From Candidatus Binatia bacterium (GTDB taxonomy: Bacteria > Desulfobacterota > Binatia > UBA9968 > JAJDTQ01), in assembly GCA_963666515.2 (NCBI GenBank), contig OY762897.2, positions 1,824,001 through 1,888,000 on the forward strand: a stretch of DNA of 64,000 nt, read 5' to 3'. The notes under the pieces were generated by a model. That model was not told the origin of the DNA. It saw only the letters and a list, made by a program, of their open reading frames with translations, and searched no databases. The translations under genes and the position numbers were made by a program. Below, piece after piece: positions 1 through 10,537 of the stretch. The stretch's first letter is position 1; the number at the start of each line of letters is the position of its first letter.

Positions 1-1031
<1,031 letters not shown>

Positions 1032-1129
1032 GTGTCCTCCCTCGTGATATCCTTCCGCCAAGTCCGGGGGTCGCCCGAATTCCTCCCTTGGGGGGCGCCG
1101 TTTTCGCGATACCCGTACTGTCCCGGATT

Positions 1130-1183
1130 CAGCCGTATTTAGTGCGGAACTACCAAATTACCCACAACATGTTGTGTTGTCAA
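1130..1183 (-). promoter_or_regulatory. sigma70 promoter of nrdJ with tandem NrdR boxes
   Basis: Minus strand TTGACA (1183-1178), 17 bp spacer, TAATTT (1160-1155). Perfect palindrome CACAACATGTTGTG in the spacer (box 1162-1177) matches the NrdR consensus acaCwAtATaTwGtgt; a weaker second box lies at 1130-1145, 32 bp away. Confidence 0.8.
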
Positions 1184-1294
1184 GGACAATCTTCTCATCA
1201 TTCTCCATCCGCTTGATGCCGCGCCGCGCCCGCGGCTATGCTGAGCCTTGCCGGGGGCTGCCCGTCTCGGCTCCGGCCGCGGCGGAACCGGAAC

Positions 1295-1729
1295 ATGGAA
1301 CGACTGGGTGACATACTCGACCGCACGATGCAGCGGCTGCCGTTCAGGCGGCTCGACGACTACGCCATCTGGCAGGTCTGGGACGACACCGTGGGCCCAG
1401 CGGTCGCCCGCAACGCCCGCCCCGAGAAGATCCGCGACGGCACTCTCGTCGTGAAGGTCCGGGCCGCCACCTGGATGCAGCAGCTCCAGTACATGAAGGA
1501 AATCATCGCGGAGAAGCTCAACCAGCGGCTGGACCGCGAGGTGGTCACGAACATCTTCTTCGTGGTCGGGGAGATGCCGTCCGAGAAGACGCCGGAAGAC
1601 CCCGAGCCCCCTCCCCTCGCGGTGGATGCGACGCGGCTCCCTGAAGACGAATTAAGCCGCGTGGACGATCCCGTGTTGCGGGACTCCCTGCGGCGCCTGT
1701 TGCTGAATCAGCTCCGAAAAAGAAGGTAG
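1295..1729 (+). CDS. DUF721 / DciA-like protein
   Basis: WDDTVGPAVARNARPEKIRDGTLVVKVRAATWMQQLQYMKEIIAEKLN signature; start taken at the internal Met (MERLGDIL). Confidence 0.8.
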   Translation: MERLGDILDRTMQRLPFRRLDDYAIWQVWDDTVGPAVARNARPEKIRDGTLVVKVRAATWMQQLQYMKEIIAEKLNQRLDREVVTNIFFVVGEMPSEKTPEDPEPPPLAVDATRLPEDELSRVDDPVLRDSLRRLLLNQLRKRR

Positions 1730-1734
1730 GCCCT

Positions 1735-1785
1735 CTGGACCCCGGATCGAGCTTGCCCCGGGCTTGACCCGGGTCCGGGGTGACG
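1735..1785. repeat. Palindromic repeat family B (GGACCCCGGATCAAGTCCGGGGTGACG) with a second related palindrome nested in its loop
   Basis: CTGGACCCCGGATCGA[GCTTGCCCCGGGCTTGACCCGG]GTCCGGGGTGACG between convergent genes; related copies at 21791 and 63844. Confidence 0.75.
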
Positions 1786-1799
1786 TTGGGGGGTCAGGG

Positions 1800-2525
1800 T
1801 TACAGCTTCAGCAGTTCCGCCATCTCGTCCGTGTACTCGTCCTCGCGTTGGTAGATCACCAGGGGCGGCAGCACCGTCAGGCTCGCGCGGGCGCCCTTGA
1901 GCCCCTCGGCGAGCACCAGGGTCGCGGGCGAGCCGGCGAACGAGTGGACGAACCGCGTCCGCCTGGGCTCCAGGCCGTGCTGCCGCATGACCGCGAACAG
2001 TTCCACCGCCCTTTCGGACGGATAGACCAGGCACATCCGGCCCCGGTGCCGCAGCAGCCATGCCCCGGCGCGGACGAAGTCCGCCACCCCTCCCTCCACC
2101 TCGTGCCGGGCCAACAGCCGCTCCCGGTCGGGATTGACCCGGCCGCTTCGGGGAGGGCGGTAAGGGGGGTTGCACACCGCGGCGTCGAAGCTCCGGGCCG
2201 CGAACAGATCCTCCACGTCACGCACGTCTCCCCGCACCATGCGCACCCGCTCTTCAAGGCCGTTCAGCGCCGCGCCCCGCTTCGCCCGCTCGGTCATGGC
2301 GTCCTGAATCTCCACGCCTGCCACCTCCACGTCGGGGTTCAGCACGGCCAGGGAAAAGGCCACGACTCCGTTGCCGGTCCCGAGGTCGACGATCCGCTCG
2401 CGTCCCTGCAACTCGACGAAGCGCGCCAGCAGCAGCGAGTCCAGCGCGAACCGGTAGCCGCCCCGACGCTGGACGACGGCCACGCGGCCGTCGAACACCC
2501 GGTCGATGGTCTCGCCTGTCTTCAC
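1800..2525 (-). CDS. tRNA1(Val) A37 N6-methyltransferase-like (TrmN6/YfiC family) SAM methyltransferase
   Basis: GYRFALDSLLLARF, VDLGTGNG, CNPPY and ARHE motifs; start uncertain (GTG 2525 or 2558). Confidence 0.8.
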   Translation of the reverse strand: MKTGETIDRVFDGRVAVVQRRGGYRFALDSLLLARFVELQGRERIVDLGTGNGVVAFSLAVLNPDVEVAGVEIQDAMTERAKRGAALNGLEERVRMVRGDVRDVEDLFAARSFDAAVCNPPYRPPRSGRVNPDRERLLARHEVEGGVADFVRAGAWLLRHRGRMCLVYPSERAVELFAVMRQHGLEPRRTRFVHSFAGSPATLVLAEGLKGARASLTVLPPLVIYQREDEYTDEMAELLKL

Positions 2526-2648
2526 GGCGTCACCCGGTCCGGAGACCTCCGGCCCCACGTCGCCACGGCGGCCGAAAACTTGTACGGGTCCCCGGTATGC
2601 TATAGGTTGAAGCCTGATGGGCCGCCCTATTCATCTCCTCCTCACCGG

Positions 2649-3419
2649 ATGATCTCGCTCCTCGGAAACCTCGGCGGACGGACGCTCGGCCTCGTGACCG
2701 GCATGGGCGCGGGCGTGATCTTCCTCGGTTCAGCCCTGTCCTGGGCGGTGCGGCCCCCCGCCAAAATCCGCCTCATCATACAACAAATCCGCGCCATCGG
2801 GGTGGACTCGTTGCTGGTGGTGCTCCTGGCCGGCCTCTTCACCGGCATGGTGCTGGGGCTTCAGGGCTACTACAGCCTGCGGAAGTTCAACGCCGAGAGC
2901 TTCCTGGGCGCGGTGGTGGCCCTGAGCCTGTTGCGGGAACTGGGGCCGGTGCTGTCCGCCTTCATGGTCACCGGCAGGACGGGCTCCGCCATGGCCGCGG
3001 AGTTGGCGTCCATGAGGGTCACCGAGCAGATCGACGCCATGCACGCCATGGCCATCAACCCGGTCAAGTACCTGGTGTCGCCCCGCATCGTCGCCGGCGT
3101 CATCGCCATGCCGCTGCTGACCTGCATGTTCAACGTCATCGGCATCTACGGCGCCTACCTCGTCGGCGTCGGCCTGCTGGACCTGGGATCGGGCAGCTAC
3201 GTCGCCGGCATGGAGCAGAGCGTGCAACTCCGGGACGTGGGCGAAGGGCTGCTCAAGTCCGCCACCTTCGGGCTCATCATCTCCTCGGTATGCTGCTACA
3301 AGGGCTTCCACGCGCTCCCCATGGCCACGGGCGTGGGCCGGGCCACCACCGAGGCGGTGGTGCTCTCGTTCGTCCTGATCCTGGTGTCGGACTACTTCCT
3401 GACCTCGGTGATGCTGTGA
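2649..3419 (+). CDS. mlaE: MlaE ABC transporter permease
   Basis: RELGPVLSAFMVTGRTGSAMAAELASMRVTEQIDAM and GVGRATTEAVV motifs; ATG at 2649 within ORF 1764-3419. Confidence 0.9.
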   Translation: MISLLGNLGGRTLGLVTGMGAGVIFLGSALSWAVRPPAKIRLIIQQIRAIGVDSLLVVLLAGLFTGMVLGLQGYYSLRKFNAESFLGAVVALSLLRELGPVLSAFMVTGRTGSAMAAELASMRVTEQIDAMHAMAINPVKYLVSPRIVAGVIAMPLLTCMFNVIGIYGAYLVGVGLLDLGSGSYVAGMEQSVQLRDVGEGLLKSATFGLIISSVCCYKGFHALPMATGVGRATTEAVVLSFVLILVSDYFLTSVML

Positions 3420-3434
3420 GGCCCTGAGCTTGCC

Positions 3435-4172
3435 ATGATCCAGGTCGTCGACGTCTACAAGAACTTCGGGCAACAGGAAGTCCTCAAGGGTACCCACCTG
3501 ACCATCGAGGACGGCGTCATCACGACCATCATCGGCGGCAGCGGCTCCGGCAAGACCGTTCTGCTGAAGACCATGATCGCGCTGCTGCTTCCCGACCGCG
3601 GGCAGGTCCTGGTGGACGGAACCGACATCACCCGGCTGGGAGAGAAACCCCTGAACGGCATCCGGGAGAAGTTCGGCTTCCTGTTCCAGGGCGCGGCCCT
3701 GCTGGACTCCATGACCATCTTCGACAACGTGGCCTTCCCGTTGCGGGAAAGGACACGGCTCGGGGCGGACGCCATCGCCGGCAAGGTAGGCGAGCGGCTG
3801 GACCAGGTCGGCCTCAAGGACATGGGCTACAAATACCCGGCCGAGGTCAGCGGCGGAATGAAGAAGCGGGCCGGTTTCGCCCGGGCGCTGGTCACCGACC
3901 CCGAGATCGTGCTGTTCGACGAGCCTACCACCGGCCTCGATCCCCTGTTGGGCCAGAGCATCCACCGGCTCATCGCGGACATGCAGGACCGGCTCGGCTT
4001 CACCGGCGTCATCGTGAGCCACGACATCCCGGAAGTCTTTACAATATCCGACCACGTGGCTATGTTGGCCGACGGAGTGATCGCCGACAGCGGGCCCACC
4101 GAGGAGTTCCTCCGGTCATCCAATCCAGCGGTACGCCGGTTTCTGGGCAACGAGACTTCCGAGACGGCGTAA
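3435..4172 (+). CDS. mlaF: MlaF ABC transporter ATP-binding protein
   Basis: GGSGSGKT Walker A, PAEVSGGMKKR signature, FDEPTTGLDP; lies between mlaE and mlaD. Confidence 0.9.
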   Translation: MIQVVDVYKNFGQQEVLKGTHLTIEDGVITTIIGGSGSGKTVLLKTMIALLLPDRGQVLVDGTDITRLGEKPLNGIREKFGFLFQGAALLDSMTIFDNVAFPLRERTRLGADAIAGKVGERLDQVGLKDMGYKYPAEVSGGMKKRAGFARALVTDPEIVLFDEPTTGLDPLLGQSIHRLIADMQDRLGFTGVIVSHDIPEVFTISDHVAMLADGVIADSGPTEEFLRSSNPAVRRFLGNETSETA

Positions 4173-4195
4173 GGGCCTGATCTCCGGCACGCGGC

Positions 4196-4651
4196 ATGAA
4201 CCATAGAGCAACGGAAATCGTCGTCGGCCTCTTCGTGGTCGCAGGCCTCCTCTGTCTCGGCTACCTCGCCATCCGGTTGGGCAAGCTCGAAGCCTTCGGC
4301 AACTCGGGATACGTGGTGTATGCCGACTTCGCCAATGTGGCCGGGCTGCGCCGCGGGGACTCGGTGGAGATCGCCGGGGTGAGCGTGGGCCGGGTGGACT
4401 CCCTGGGCCTCGTCGACGACCGCGCGCGGCTGACGTTGCGGATCGACGCGGGAGTGGCCATCCAGGAAGACGCCATCGCTTCCGTCCGGGCGAGGGGGCT
4501 CATCGGCGACAAGTTCATCGCCATCTCACCCGGGGCGTCCGACCGGCTCGTCCCGTCCGGCGGGAAGATACGCGAGACCGAGTCGCCGCCGGACATCACC
4601 GACCTGATCGGCAAGATGATCGGCGGCGACGTGACGAAAGGCGCGCCCTAG
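4196..4651 (+). CDS. mlaD: MlaD (MCE domain) protein
   Basis: N-terminal TM helix, FANVAGLRRGDSVEIAGVSVGRV, GLIGDKFIAISPG. Confidence 0.9.
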   Translation: MNHRATEIVVGLFVVAGLLCLGYLAIRLGKLEAFGNSGYVVYADFANVAGLRRGDSVEIAGVSVGRVDSLGLVDDRARLTLRIDAGVAIQEDAIASVRARGLIGDKFIAISPGASDRLVPSGGKIRETESPPDITDLIGKMIGGDVTKGAP

Positions 4652-4693
4652 CAGGCTGCCGGAGACCAGGACCCTCCGTCCCGGCAACGTCGC

Positions 4694-5995
4694 ATGCGCT
4701 TCAAAAATCTAGTCCAAACCTGCCGCAGCCATCTCTCGTTCTACGGCTGGCGGATGGTGCTGGTGGGCTGCCTCTTCCGGTTTCTCGGAGGCGGCTTCCA
4801 CTTCTACGGCTTTACCGTCTTCGTCTCGCCGTTGGAAAAGGACCTGGGCATCACCCGCCGCGCCACCAACCTCATATTCGGTCTGGCCCGGGCCGAAGGC
4901 GCCATCGAAGGCCCCTTGGCCGGATATCTCATCGACCGTTTCGGCCCGCGGCCCATCATGATGATCGCGGTCCTGCTCACCGGTCTGGGCTACGTCATTT
5001 GCTCCTGGGTCGAGTCCTACTGGGCCCTCCTGGTCATCTACCTGGGAGTGGTCTCGCTGGCCTTCGGCGCCGGCTTCATGCACTGCCCGATGGTGCTGGC
5101 CAATAGCTGGTTCTTCCGCTTCCGCGCCCGGGCCATGGCGCTGGTGAGCTGCTCCATCGGCATCGGCGGCGCGCTGCTGGCGCCGGTGCTCGCGTACGTG
5201 GTCTACTACTTCGGCTGGCGTTGGGGGATGGTGTTCGCCGGCACGGTATTCCTCGCCGCGGGGACGCCGCTGGCGGCCATGGTGCGCCGGTCACCCGAGG
5301 ACATGGGACTGGCGCCGGACGGAGACTACTCCGCGCGCACGTCTCAAGCGTCGGATCGGCCGTCAGCCGGCGGCGCGGCGGCGACCGAGGCCGACGTAGG
5401 CATTTGGGAGGCCCTTCGCGGCGCTCCATTCTGGCTCCTCGTCGCTTCGACTCTCTTCCGGGTGTTGGGCCTCAGCACCATCATCGTCAATTTCGTGCAG
5501 ATCCTCGGCTGGAAAGGCGTGGGGCCGCTCGCGGCAAGCTGGTTCCTCGGTGTATTCGCGGCCCTGTCCCTTCCGACACACCTCATAGTGGGCTGGCTGG
5601 CGGACCGGCTGGACAAGGCGAGGGTCATGGCCGTCTGCATGCTGGTCGCCGCGGTCGCCCTGGTGTTGCTCACCTACGTCCAAAACACGCTGTGGATCTG
5701 GCTCTTCCTTCCCATGTTCTCCCTCGTGGAAGCCGTCTTTCCGGTGACCTGGGCCATGGTCGGGGAGCTGTACGGGCGCCGCCATTTCGCCAAGGTACGC
5801 GGCAACATGGGCTTCTTCTACCAGTGGGGCGGCATGATCGGACCCTACGTGGCAGGGGCCATCTACGACGCGACCCAGAGCTACAAGCCCGCGCTCCTGG
5901 GGATGGCGGGTTTGTACGTTCTCTCGGCCATCCTCTATCTGCTGCTCGGCAGGACCCGGCTCGCGCGGATGCGGGCCGCCTCCCCGGCCTCGTAG
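4694..5995 (+). CDS. MFS transporter
   Basis: About 12 hydrophobic segments; GYLIDRFGPR and GWLADRLDK MFS motif A. Confidence 0.85.
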   Translation: MRFKNLVQTCRSHLSFYGWRMVLVGCLFRFLGGGFHFYGFTVFVSPLEKDLGITRRATNLIFGLARAEGAIEGPLAGYLIDRFGPRPIMMIAVLLTGLGYVICSWVESYWALLVIYLGVVSLAFGAGFMHCPMVLANSWFFRFRARAMALVSCSIGIGGALLAPVLAYVVYYFGWRWGMVFAGTVFLAAGTPLAAMVRRSPEDMGLAPDGDYSARTSQASDRPSAGGAAATEADVGIWEALRGAPFWLLVASTLFRVLGLSTIIVNFVQILGWKGVGPLAASWFLGVFAALSLPTHLIVGWLADRLDKARVMAVCMLVAAVALVLLTYVQNTLWIWLFLPMFSLVEAVFPVTWAMVGELYGRRHFAKVRGNMGFFYQWGGMIGPYVAGAIYDATQSYKPALLGMAGLYVLSAILYLLLGRTRLARMRAASPAS

Positions 5996-6030
5996 CCCGG
6001 ACGGCTCCATCCACCCCCGCGGACCTGCGC

Positions 6031-6894
6031 TTACCCTCCCAGGGAGATGGCCGCGGTGCCCGCGATGACGCAGATGGCTCCGACCACGGTCTGCAACCGC
6101 ACCTGCTCCAGGTCCCGCAGAAAGATCACCGTCCCCAACAGCACCCACAGCGGGCTGATGCCCACCAACGGCGAGACCGTGACCACGCTGCCGATGCCCA
6201 GAGCCGTGATCACGAGCAGGATGCCGCAGGTCTCGGCGGCGCCCGCGGCCAGGAACGGCAGCATGGCGCGCCGGTCCCACACCAGCCGCTCACGGCTGAG
6301 CGACGTGTAGACCAGGAAGCAGACCAGCGACACGATCCCCACCAGCGCAGCGAAGAACAGCGGCTCGTGAGAGATGGACAGGGCGTAGCGCCGCATGGGA
6401 TGGACGATGCCCGCCAGGAGCGCAGCGGTGAGGGGGAACAGGAACTCCCACCAGCGAAAGGACACCACCTCCGACGCGGGCTTCCAGGTGATCAGCACGA
6501 TGCCGCACACCACCGAAACGACGCCGGCAAGGGTCACCAAGCTGGCGCTCTCGCCCAGCACGGTGATGGCCACGAACACGCCGAACATGGGATGCGTCGA
6601 CCGGATGGGTCCGCTGCGGGAAGCGCCCACACGATGCACGCCGGTGTAGGTGCACAGGCGGATGATGGGCTGCAACATGCCGGCCACGATGAAGACGTAC
6701 ACGGCCACGGCATCCACCCGAGGAATCCCTCCGGTGAGGAAGACCGCGGTCCAGGTGGTGACCGTGTGGACGAGCAGGGAGATCAGCGTCACGGTCTTGG
6801 GCGTCGAGTACTGCATGCCCCGGCGGGAAGTCACCAGCACGCAGGCATAGGAAAGCGAGGCGCAGAGCGCGATGACCTGGGGTGGGATGGACAT
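6031..6894 (-). CDS. DMT/EamA family transporter
   Basis: About 10 TM helices in two EamA-like repeats (P..S..PMFG..V..TVLGE; ALGIGSVVTVSPL); start at MSIPPQ. Confidence 0.8.
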   Translation of the reverse strand: MSIPPQVIALCASLSYACVLVTSRRGMQYSTPKTVTLISLLVHTVTTWTAVFLTGGIPRVDAVAVYVFIVAGMLQPIIRLCTYTGVHRVGASRSGPIRSTHPMFGVFVAITVLGESASLVTLAGVVSVVCGIVLITWKPASEVVSFRWWEFLFPLTAALLAGIVHPMRRYALSISHEPLFFAALVGIVSLVCFLVYTSLSRERLVWDRRAMLPFLAAGAAETCGILLVITALGIGSVVTVSPLVGISPLWVLLGTVIFLRDLEQVRLQTVVGAICVIAGTAAISLGG

Positions 6895-6916
6895 GCGCGG
6901 CGATTTCTCCCGCGGG

Positions 6917-7315
6917 CTATTCGCGGGAGCTTCCGGTGTCGCCCGCCGGCTCGCCCCGCCGCGCGAGCCGCGGCATGCGCAACTCCGGGGCGGCGCCGCC
7001 CTTGTCACACCACGCTTCGACCGCGGCCAGATCGGCTTCGACGTCCGACAGGAACTCCGTCACGGCGACGCCGAGACAGACCGGCCGGTAGGGTTCTAGC
7101 TTCCGAACGGCCGAGCGCAACAGCTTGACCGTGCCCTGGGGCACCTCCTGCTCCCACTTGAAGTAACCCGCGGCCACCTGAATAATGCCCTGGTAGAAGT
7201 CGCGCTCCGGGCCGTGGTCCTCCAGCCAGAGCTGCTCCAGAGTCTCGTGGGCCTCGTAGAAGAGCCCCCGGTTGAACTCTTCAAGGGCCGTGAGGAAGCG
7301 AGGATCGTATTCCAT
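6917..7315 (-). CDS. DUF309 family protein
   Basis: FNRGLFYEAHETLEQLW...FYQGIIQVAAG signature. Confidence 0.85.
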   Translation of the reverse strand: MEYDPRFLTALEEFNRGLFYEAHETLEQLWLEDHGPERDFYQGIIQVAAGYFKWEQEVPQGTVKLLRSAVRKLEPYRPVCLGVAVTEFLSDVEADLAAVEAWCDKGGAAPELRMPRLARRGEPAGDTGSSRE

Positions 7316-7444
7316 GACGTTCGGAAGGTTGAGCCATAGCCGTTGGCCACGGCGGGCGGGCGGTCCGCCACGAAGCCTTTACCTATAGCAAGGGCGGATG
7401 ATCCGTACCAGACGAACGCGCAAGGGGACATCCGTAACGCACCG

Positions 7445-8749
7445 ATGCCGGACCCGATCACACTGACCATCGACTCCCTCACCCACGGCCCCTGGGGGCT
7501 CGGACGGCACCAGGGCAAGGTCGTCATGGCGCCCATGACGGCTCCGGGCGACCAAGTGGCCGCCGAAGTCGTGGATGAGCACAAGCGCTATTCGGTGGCG
7601 CGGGTGACGTCGCTGCTGCGTTCGTCGCCGACGCGCCGGGCCGCGCCATGCCCCTACGCCGGCGAGTGCGGCGGCTGCTCGTGGCAGCAGGTGGCGTATG
7701 ACGCGCAGCTTCAAGCCAAGCAGCGCAACGTGGCCGACGCGCTGACCCGCGTGGGCGGTCTCAGCGGTTTCGACATCCAACCCATCCTGCCCGCCTCCCC
7801 CGAGTTTCACTATCGCCGGCGCATCGGGCTTCACCTGGATGAGCGCGGCAGGCTCGGGTTTCGTCGCGCCTTCTCCCGGGAGCTGGTCGAGATCACCAAC
7901 TGCCTGATCGCGCACCCGGACGCGGACCTTGGTATCGGCGCGGCCGCCGAATGGGTCCGGCGCCTTGAAACCCCGATCTCCAGGGTCGAGATCGTGAGCG
8001 CCGACCGCGCCGGCGAAGTGATATTGTCGGCTTCGACCCGGCATGGATTCGCCAACGCCGACACGCGCACCTGTGAGCGGACCGTGGCCGGACCGGTGGC
8101 AGGCCTCGTGGTGGCAGGTCCCGGCTGGCGCCGCCATTGGGGCGAGACCACCCTCTCATTCGTGGTGGACGGAGACCTGCGGCTGCGTCACGACGCCGAC
8201 ACCTTCGGACAGGTCAATCCGGACGGCAACCGGAGGCTGGTGGACGAGCTGCTCTCGTGGGAGGCTTTCGGTGCACGGGACCGCGTTCTCGAACTCTACG
8301 CGGGCGCGGGCAACCTGACGCTTCCCATCGCCCGCCGGGTGCGACGGGTGACCGCGGTGGAAGCCAGCCGGAAGCTGGTCCGAAACGGCAGGCGGAATGC
8401 TGAGGACAACCGGCTCCACAACGTCCGGTGGCTCCGGCAGGATGCCGACCGGGCAGTGGACGAACTGGTCCGCCAAGGCCGGCGTTTCACCACGATCGTA
8501 CTGAACCCTCCGCGCCATGGGGCCAAAGAGGTGGTCGCGAGACTCCCCGCTCTCGGCGCCCGGCGGATCCTGTACGTTTCCTGCAATCCGGCGACTCTGG
8601 CGCGCGACCTTCGCGAGTTGGCGGCCCAGGGCTTCGCTCTGCGACGCGTTCGTCCGGTGGATCTCTTTCCCCAGACGTTTCACGTCGAAACTCTGGCCGA
8701 ACTGGTCCTCACCGAACCTTCCGCGCCCCCACCCGGATCACCGGAATAA
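7445..8749 (+). CDS. rlmD: 23S rRNA m5U methyltransferase (RlmD/TrmA family)
   Basis: N-terminal TRAM domain, CPYAGECGGC Fe-S motif, FGQVN, ELYAGAG, NPPR, YVSCNP, DLFPQTFHVE. Confidence 0.88.
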   Translation: MPDPITLTIDSLTHGPWGLGRHQGKVVMAPMTAPGDQVAAEVVDEHKRYSVARVTSLLRSSPTRRAAPCPYAGECGGCSWQQVAYDAQLQAKQRNVADALTRVGGLSGFDIQPILPASPEFHYRRRIGLHLDERGRLGFRRAFSRELVEITNCLIAHPDADLGIGAAAEWVRRLETPISRVEIVSADRAGEVILSASTRHGFANADTRTCERTVAGPVAGLVVAGPGWRRHWGETTLSFVVDGDLRLRHDADTFGQVNPDGNRRLVDELLSWEAFGARDRVLELYAGAGNLTLPIARRVRRVTAVEASRKLVRNGRRNAEDNRLHNVRWLRQDADRAVDELVRQGRRFTTIVLNPPRHGAKEVVARLPALGARRILYVSCNPATLARDLRELAAQGFALRRVRPVDLFPQTFHVETLAELVLTEPSAPPPGSPE

Positions 8750-8887
8750 GTATTTTTTCAATAGGTTATGATTCGACCTCTCGTACGCCACTTGAACCGC
8801 TACGGTGGCCGGAGAATACCGCGGCCGGACCACTTCAGGGTTGAGCTACGGACTCCAACTGGTGTAGACTGAATTTGGGAGGAAGAA

Positions 8888-9133
8888 ATGACCCAGCCGA
8901 AGAAAAGGGTAACTCCAAAGGTCACCATCATCGACAGCAACGGCGCCAGCCAGACCATCAACTACCTGCTCGAGGACCGGGACGAGCTGGAATGGCTGAT
9001 GGCGGTGGGACGCAACAAGAACGGTGACATCTTCTTTTACGACACCGGCGGCGACATTCTCCACGACCTCGGCGCCCTGGAGTACGTAAAAGAGCGAATC
9101 CTCAGGGATTACTTCGGCGAAATGGACGAATAG
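8888..9133 (+). CDS. Small hypothetical protein (81 aa)
   Basis: SD GGAGG before ATG, host-like codon usage, candidate promoter TTGAGC-18-TAGACT upstream. Confidence 0.7.
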   Translation: MTQPKKRVTPKVTIIDSNGASQTINYLLEDRDELEWLMAVGRNKNGDIFFYDTGGDILHDLGALEYVKERILRDYFGEMDE

Positions 9134-9161
9134 AGCCTCATACGGACGGCCGAGGCGCGAT

Positions 9162-10526
9162 TCAACGCCCCGGCTGCGCCGAACGCCTGGACAGCATCCA
9201 CAGGAACGCCCCAGCCGCCACGATCATGGCGGCGCTGAGATACTGCCCCCGGGACAATCCCCAGGCAAGCCCCAGGTGGGCGTCGGGCTCGCGGAAGAAC
9301 TCCACCGCGAACCGGACGGCGCCGTAGCCGCCGATGAACGCCCAGGTGACGACGCCGTGCGTCCTTACCCGCGTTCCCAGCCACGCCAGGACAGCCAGCA
9401 GCACCGCCCCTTCGAGAAAAGCCTCGTAGAGTTGGGAGGGATGGCGCGGCAAGGGTCCGGCACCCGGGAAGACCATGCCCCACGGCATCTCCGTCGGACG
9501 GCCGTATAGTTCCCCGTTGATGAAGTTGCCCAGACGGCCGAGGCCGAGACCCAGAGGCGCTGCCGCGAAGATGCAGTCGGCCGCAGGATAGAACGGGAGC
9601 CCCTGCCTGCGGACCCACAACCAGCCCGCCAGCATCGCCCCCAGCATGCCGCCGTGAAACGACATGCCGCCCTCCCAGAAGGCAAAGACCTGCAACGGAT
9701 AGGCCAGATAGTACGGAAGGTTGTAGAAGATCACGTAACCCAGCCGGCCGCCGAGCACGACGCCGACGGCGACGTAGCTGATGAGCTCCGTCAGTTGCTC
9801 GTTGCTGATCTTGAGGCCTCTCCTGCGAGCCAGCCACCGCGCCACGAAGAACCCGCCGACGAACCCGAACAGGTACATGAGGCCGTACCAGCGCACGGCC
9901 AGCGGCCCTACCTGGAACGCGATGGGATCGATGTCGGGAAAGGTCCACGTTGCCGCGGCGGCGCCGTCCACAGCAGCCGCGTGAACCGGCGTCCCGTTCC
10001 CCAGCAGTCCGGCCACCAACTCGCGCACGTCGTCCTTGTACCAGTCCTTGTATCCGACGGCCTTGGCGATGACCTCGCCCTCGCGCCCGATCAGCACGGT
10101 CACGGGCAAGCGCATCACGCCGTAGCTCTGGGCGATCTCCGCGCGGCCGTCCAGCAGCATCGGGTAGGTCAGCTTCTGTTCCGCGGCGAAGGCGCGCACC
10201 AGCTCCCCCGATTCCATGAAGTTGACGGCCACCACCTCCAGCCCCTTTCCGCGGAACTCCCGGTACAGCCGCTCCATGGACGGCATCTCCAGGCGGCACG
10301 GCGGACACCAGGTGGCCCAGAAATTCAGCACCACCAGCTTGCCGCGGAAGGACTTGAGGTCGACGGGGTTTCCGGCCGCATCCCGGGTGGCGAACGCGGG
10401 AGATTCCACGAAGCCTTCCTGGACGATGAAGCCGAGCTTTCTGAGGCGGTCGTCCTCCACTGCGCCCGAGGCCGCGGTGGGCAGGCAGAAGGCCGCGAAC
10501 AGGAAGGTAAACAACCAGTGCTTCAT
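9162..10526 (-). CDS. lgt: Fusion: signal peptide + TlpA/ResA thioredoxin + prolipoprotein diacylglyceryl transferase Lgt
   Basis: MKHWLFTFLFAAFCLPTAASG signal; LNFWATWCPPCRLEMP; Ala-rich linker; then DIDPIAF, RWYGLMY, GGRLGYVIFY, GGMSFHGG, GRLGNFINGELYGR, RHPSQLYE, RFAVEFFREPD, all in one frame with no stop. Confidence 0.9.
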   Translation of the reverse strand: MKHWLFTFLFAAFCLPTAASGAVEDDRLRKLGFIVQEGFVESPAFATRDAAGNPVDLKSFRGKLVVLNFWATWCPPCRLEMPSMERLYREFRGKGLEVVAVNFMESGELVRAFAAEQKLTYPMLLDGRAEIAQSYGVMRLPVTVLIGREGEVIAKAVGYKDWYKDDVRELVAGLLGNGTPVHAAAVDGAAAATWTFPDIDPIAFQVGPLAVRWYGLMYLFGFVGGFFVARWLARRRGLKISNEQLTELISYVAVGVVLGGRLGYVIFYNLPYYLAYPLQVFAFWEGGMSFHGGMLGAMLAGWLWVRRQGLPFYPAADCIFAAAPLGLGLGRLGNFINGELYGRPTEMPWGMVFPGAGPLPRHPSQLYEAFLEGAVLLAVLAWLGTRVRTHGVVTWAFIGGYGAVRFAVEFFREPDAHLGLAWGLSRGQYLSAAMIVAAGAFLWMLSRRSAQPGR

Positions 10527-10537
10527 GGGCCTGCGAG

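Noticed and set aside
1032-1130. Cobalamin riboswitch in the nrdJ leader
   Set aside because: The leader is only about 115 nt and I see no B12-box or other conserved elements; the NrdR boxes explain regulation. An Rfam scan would settle it.
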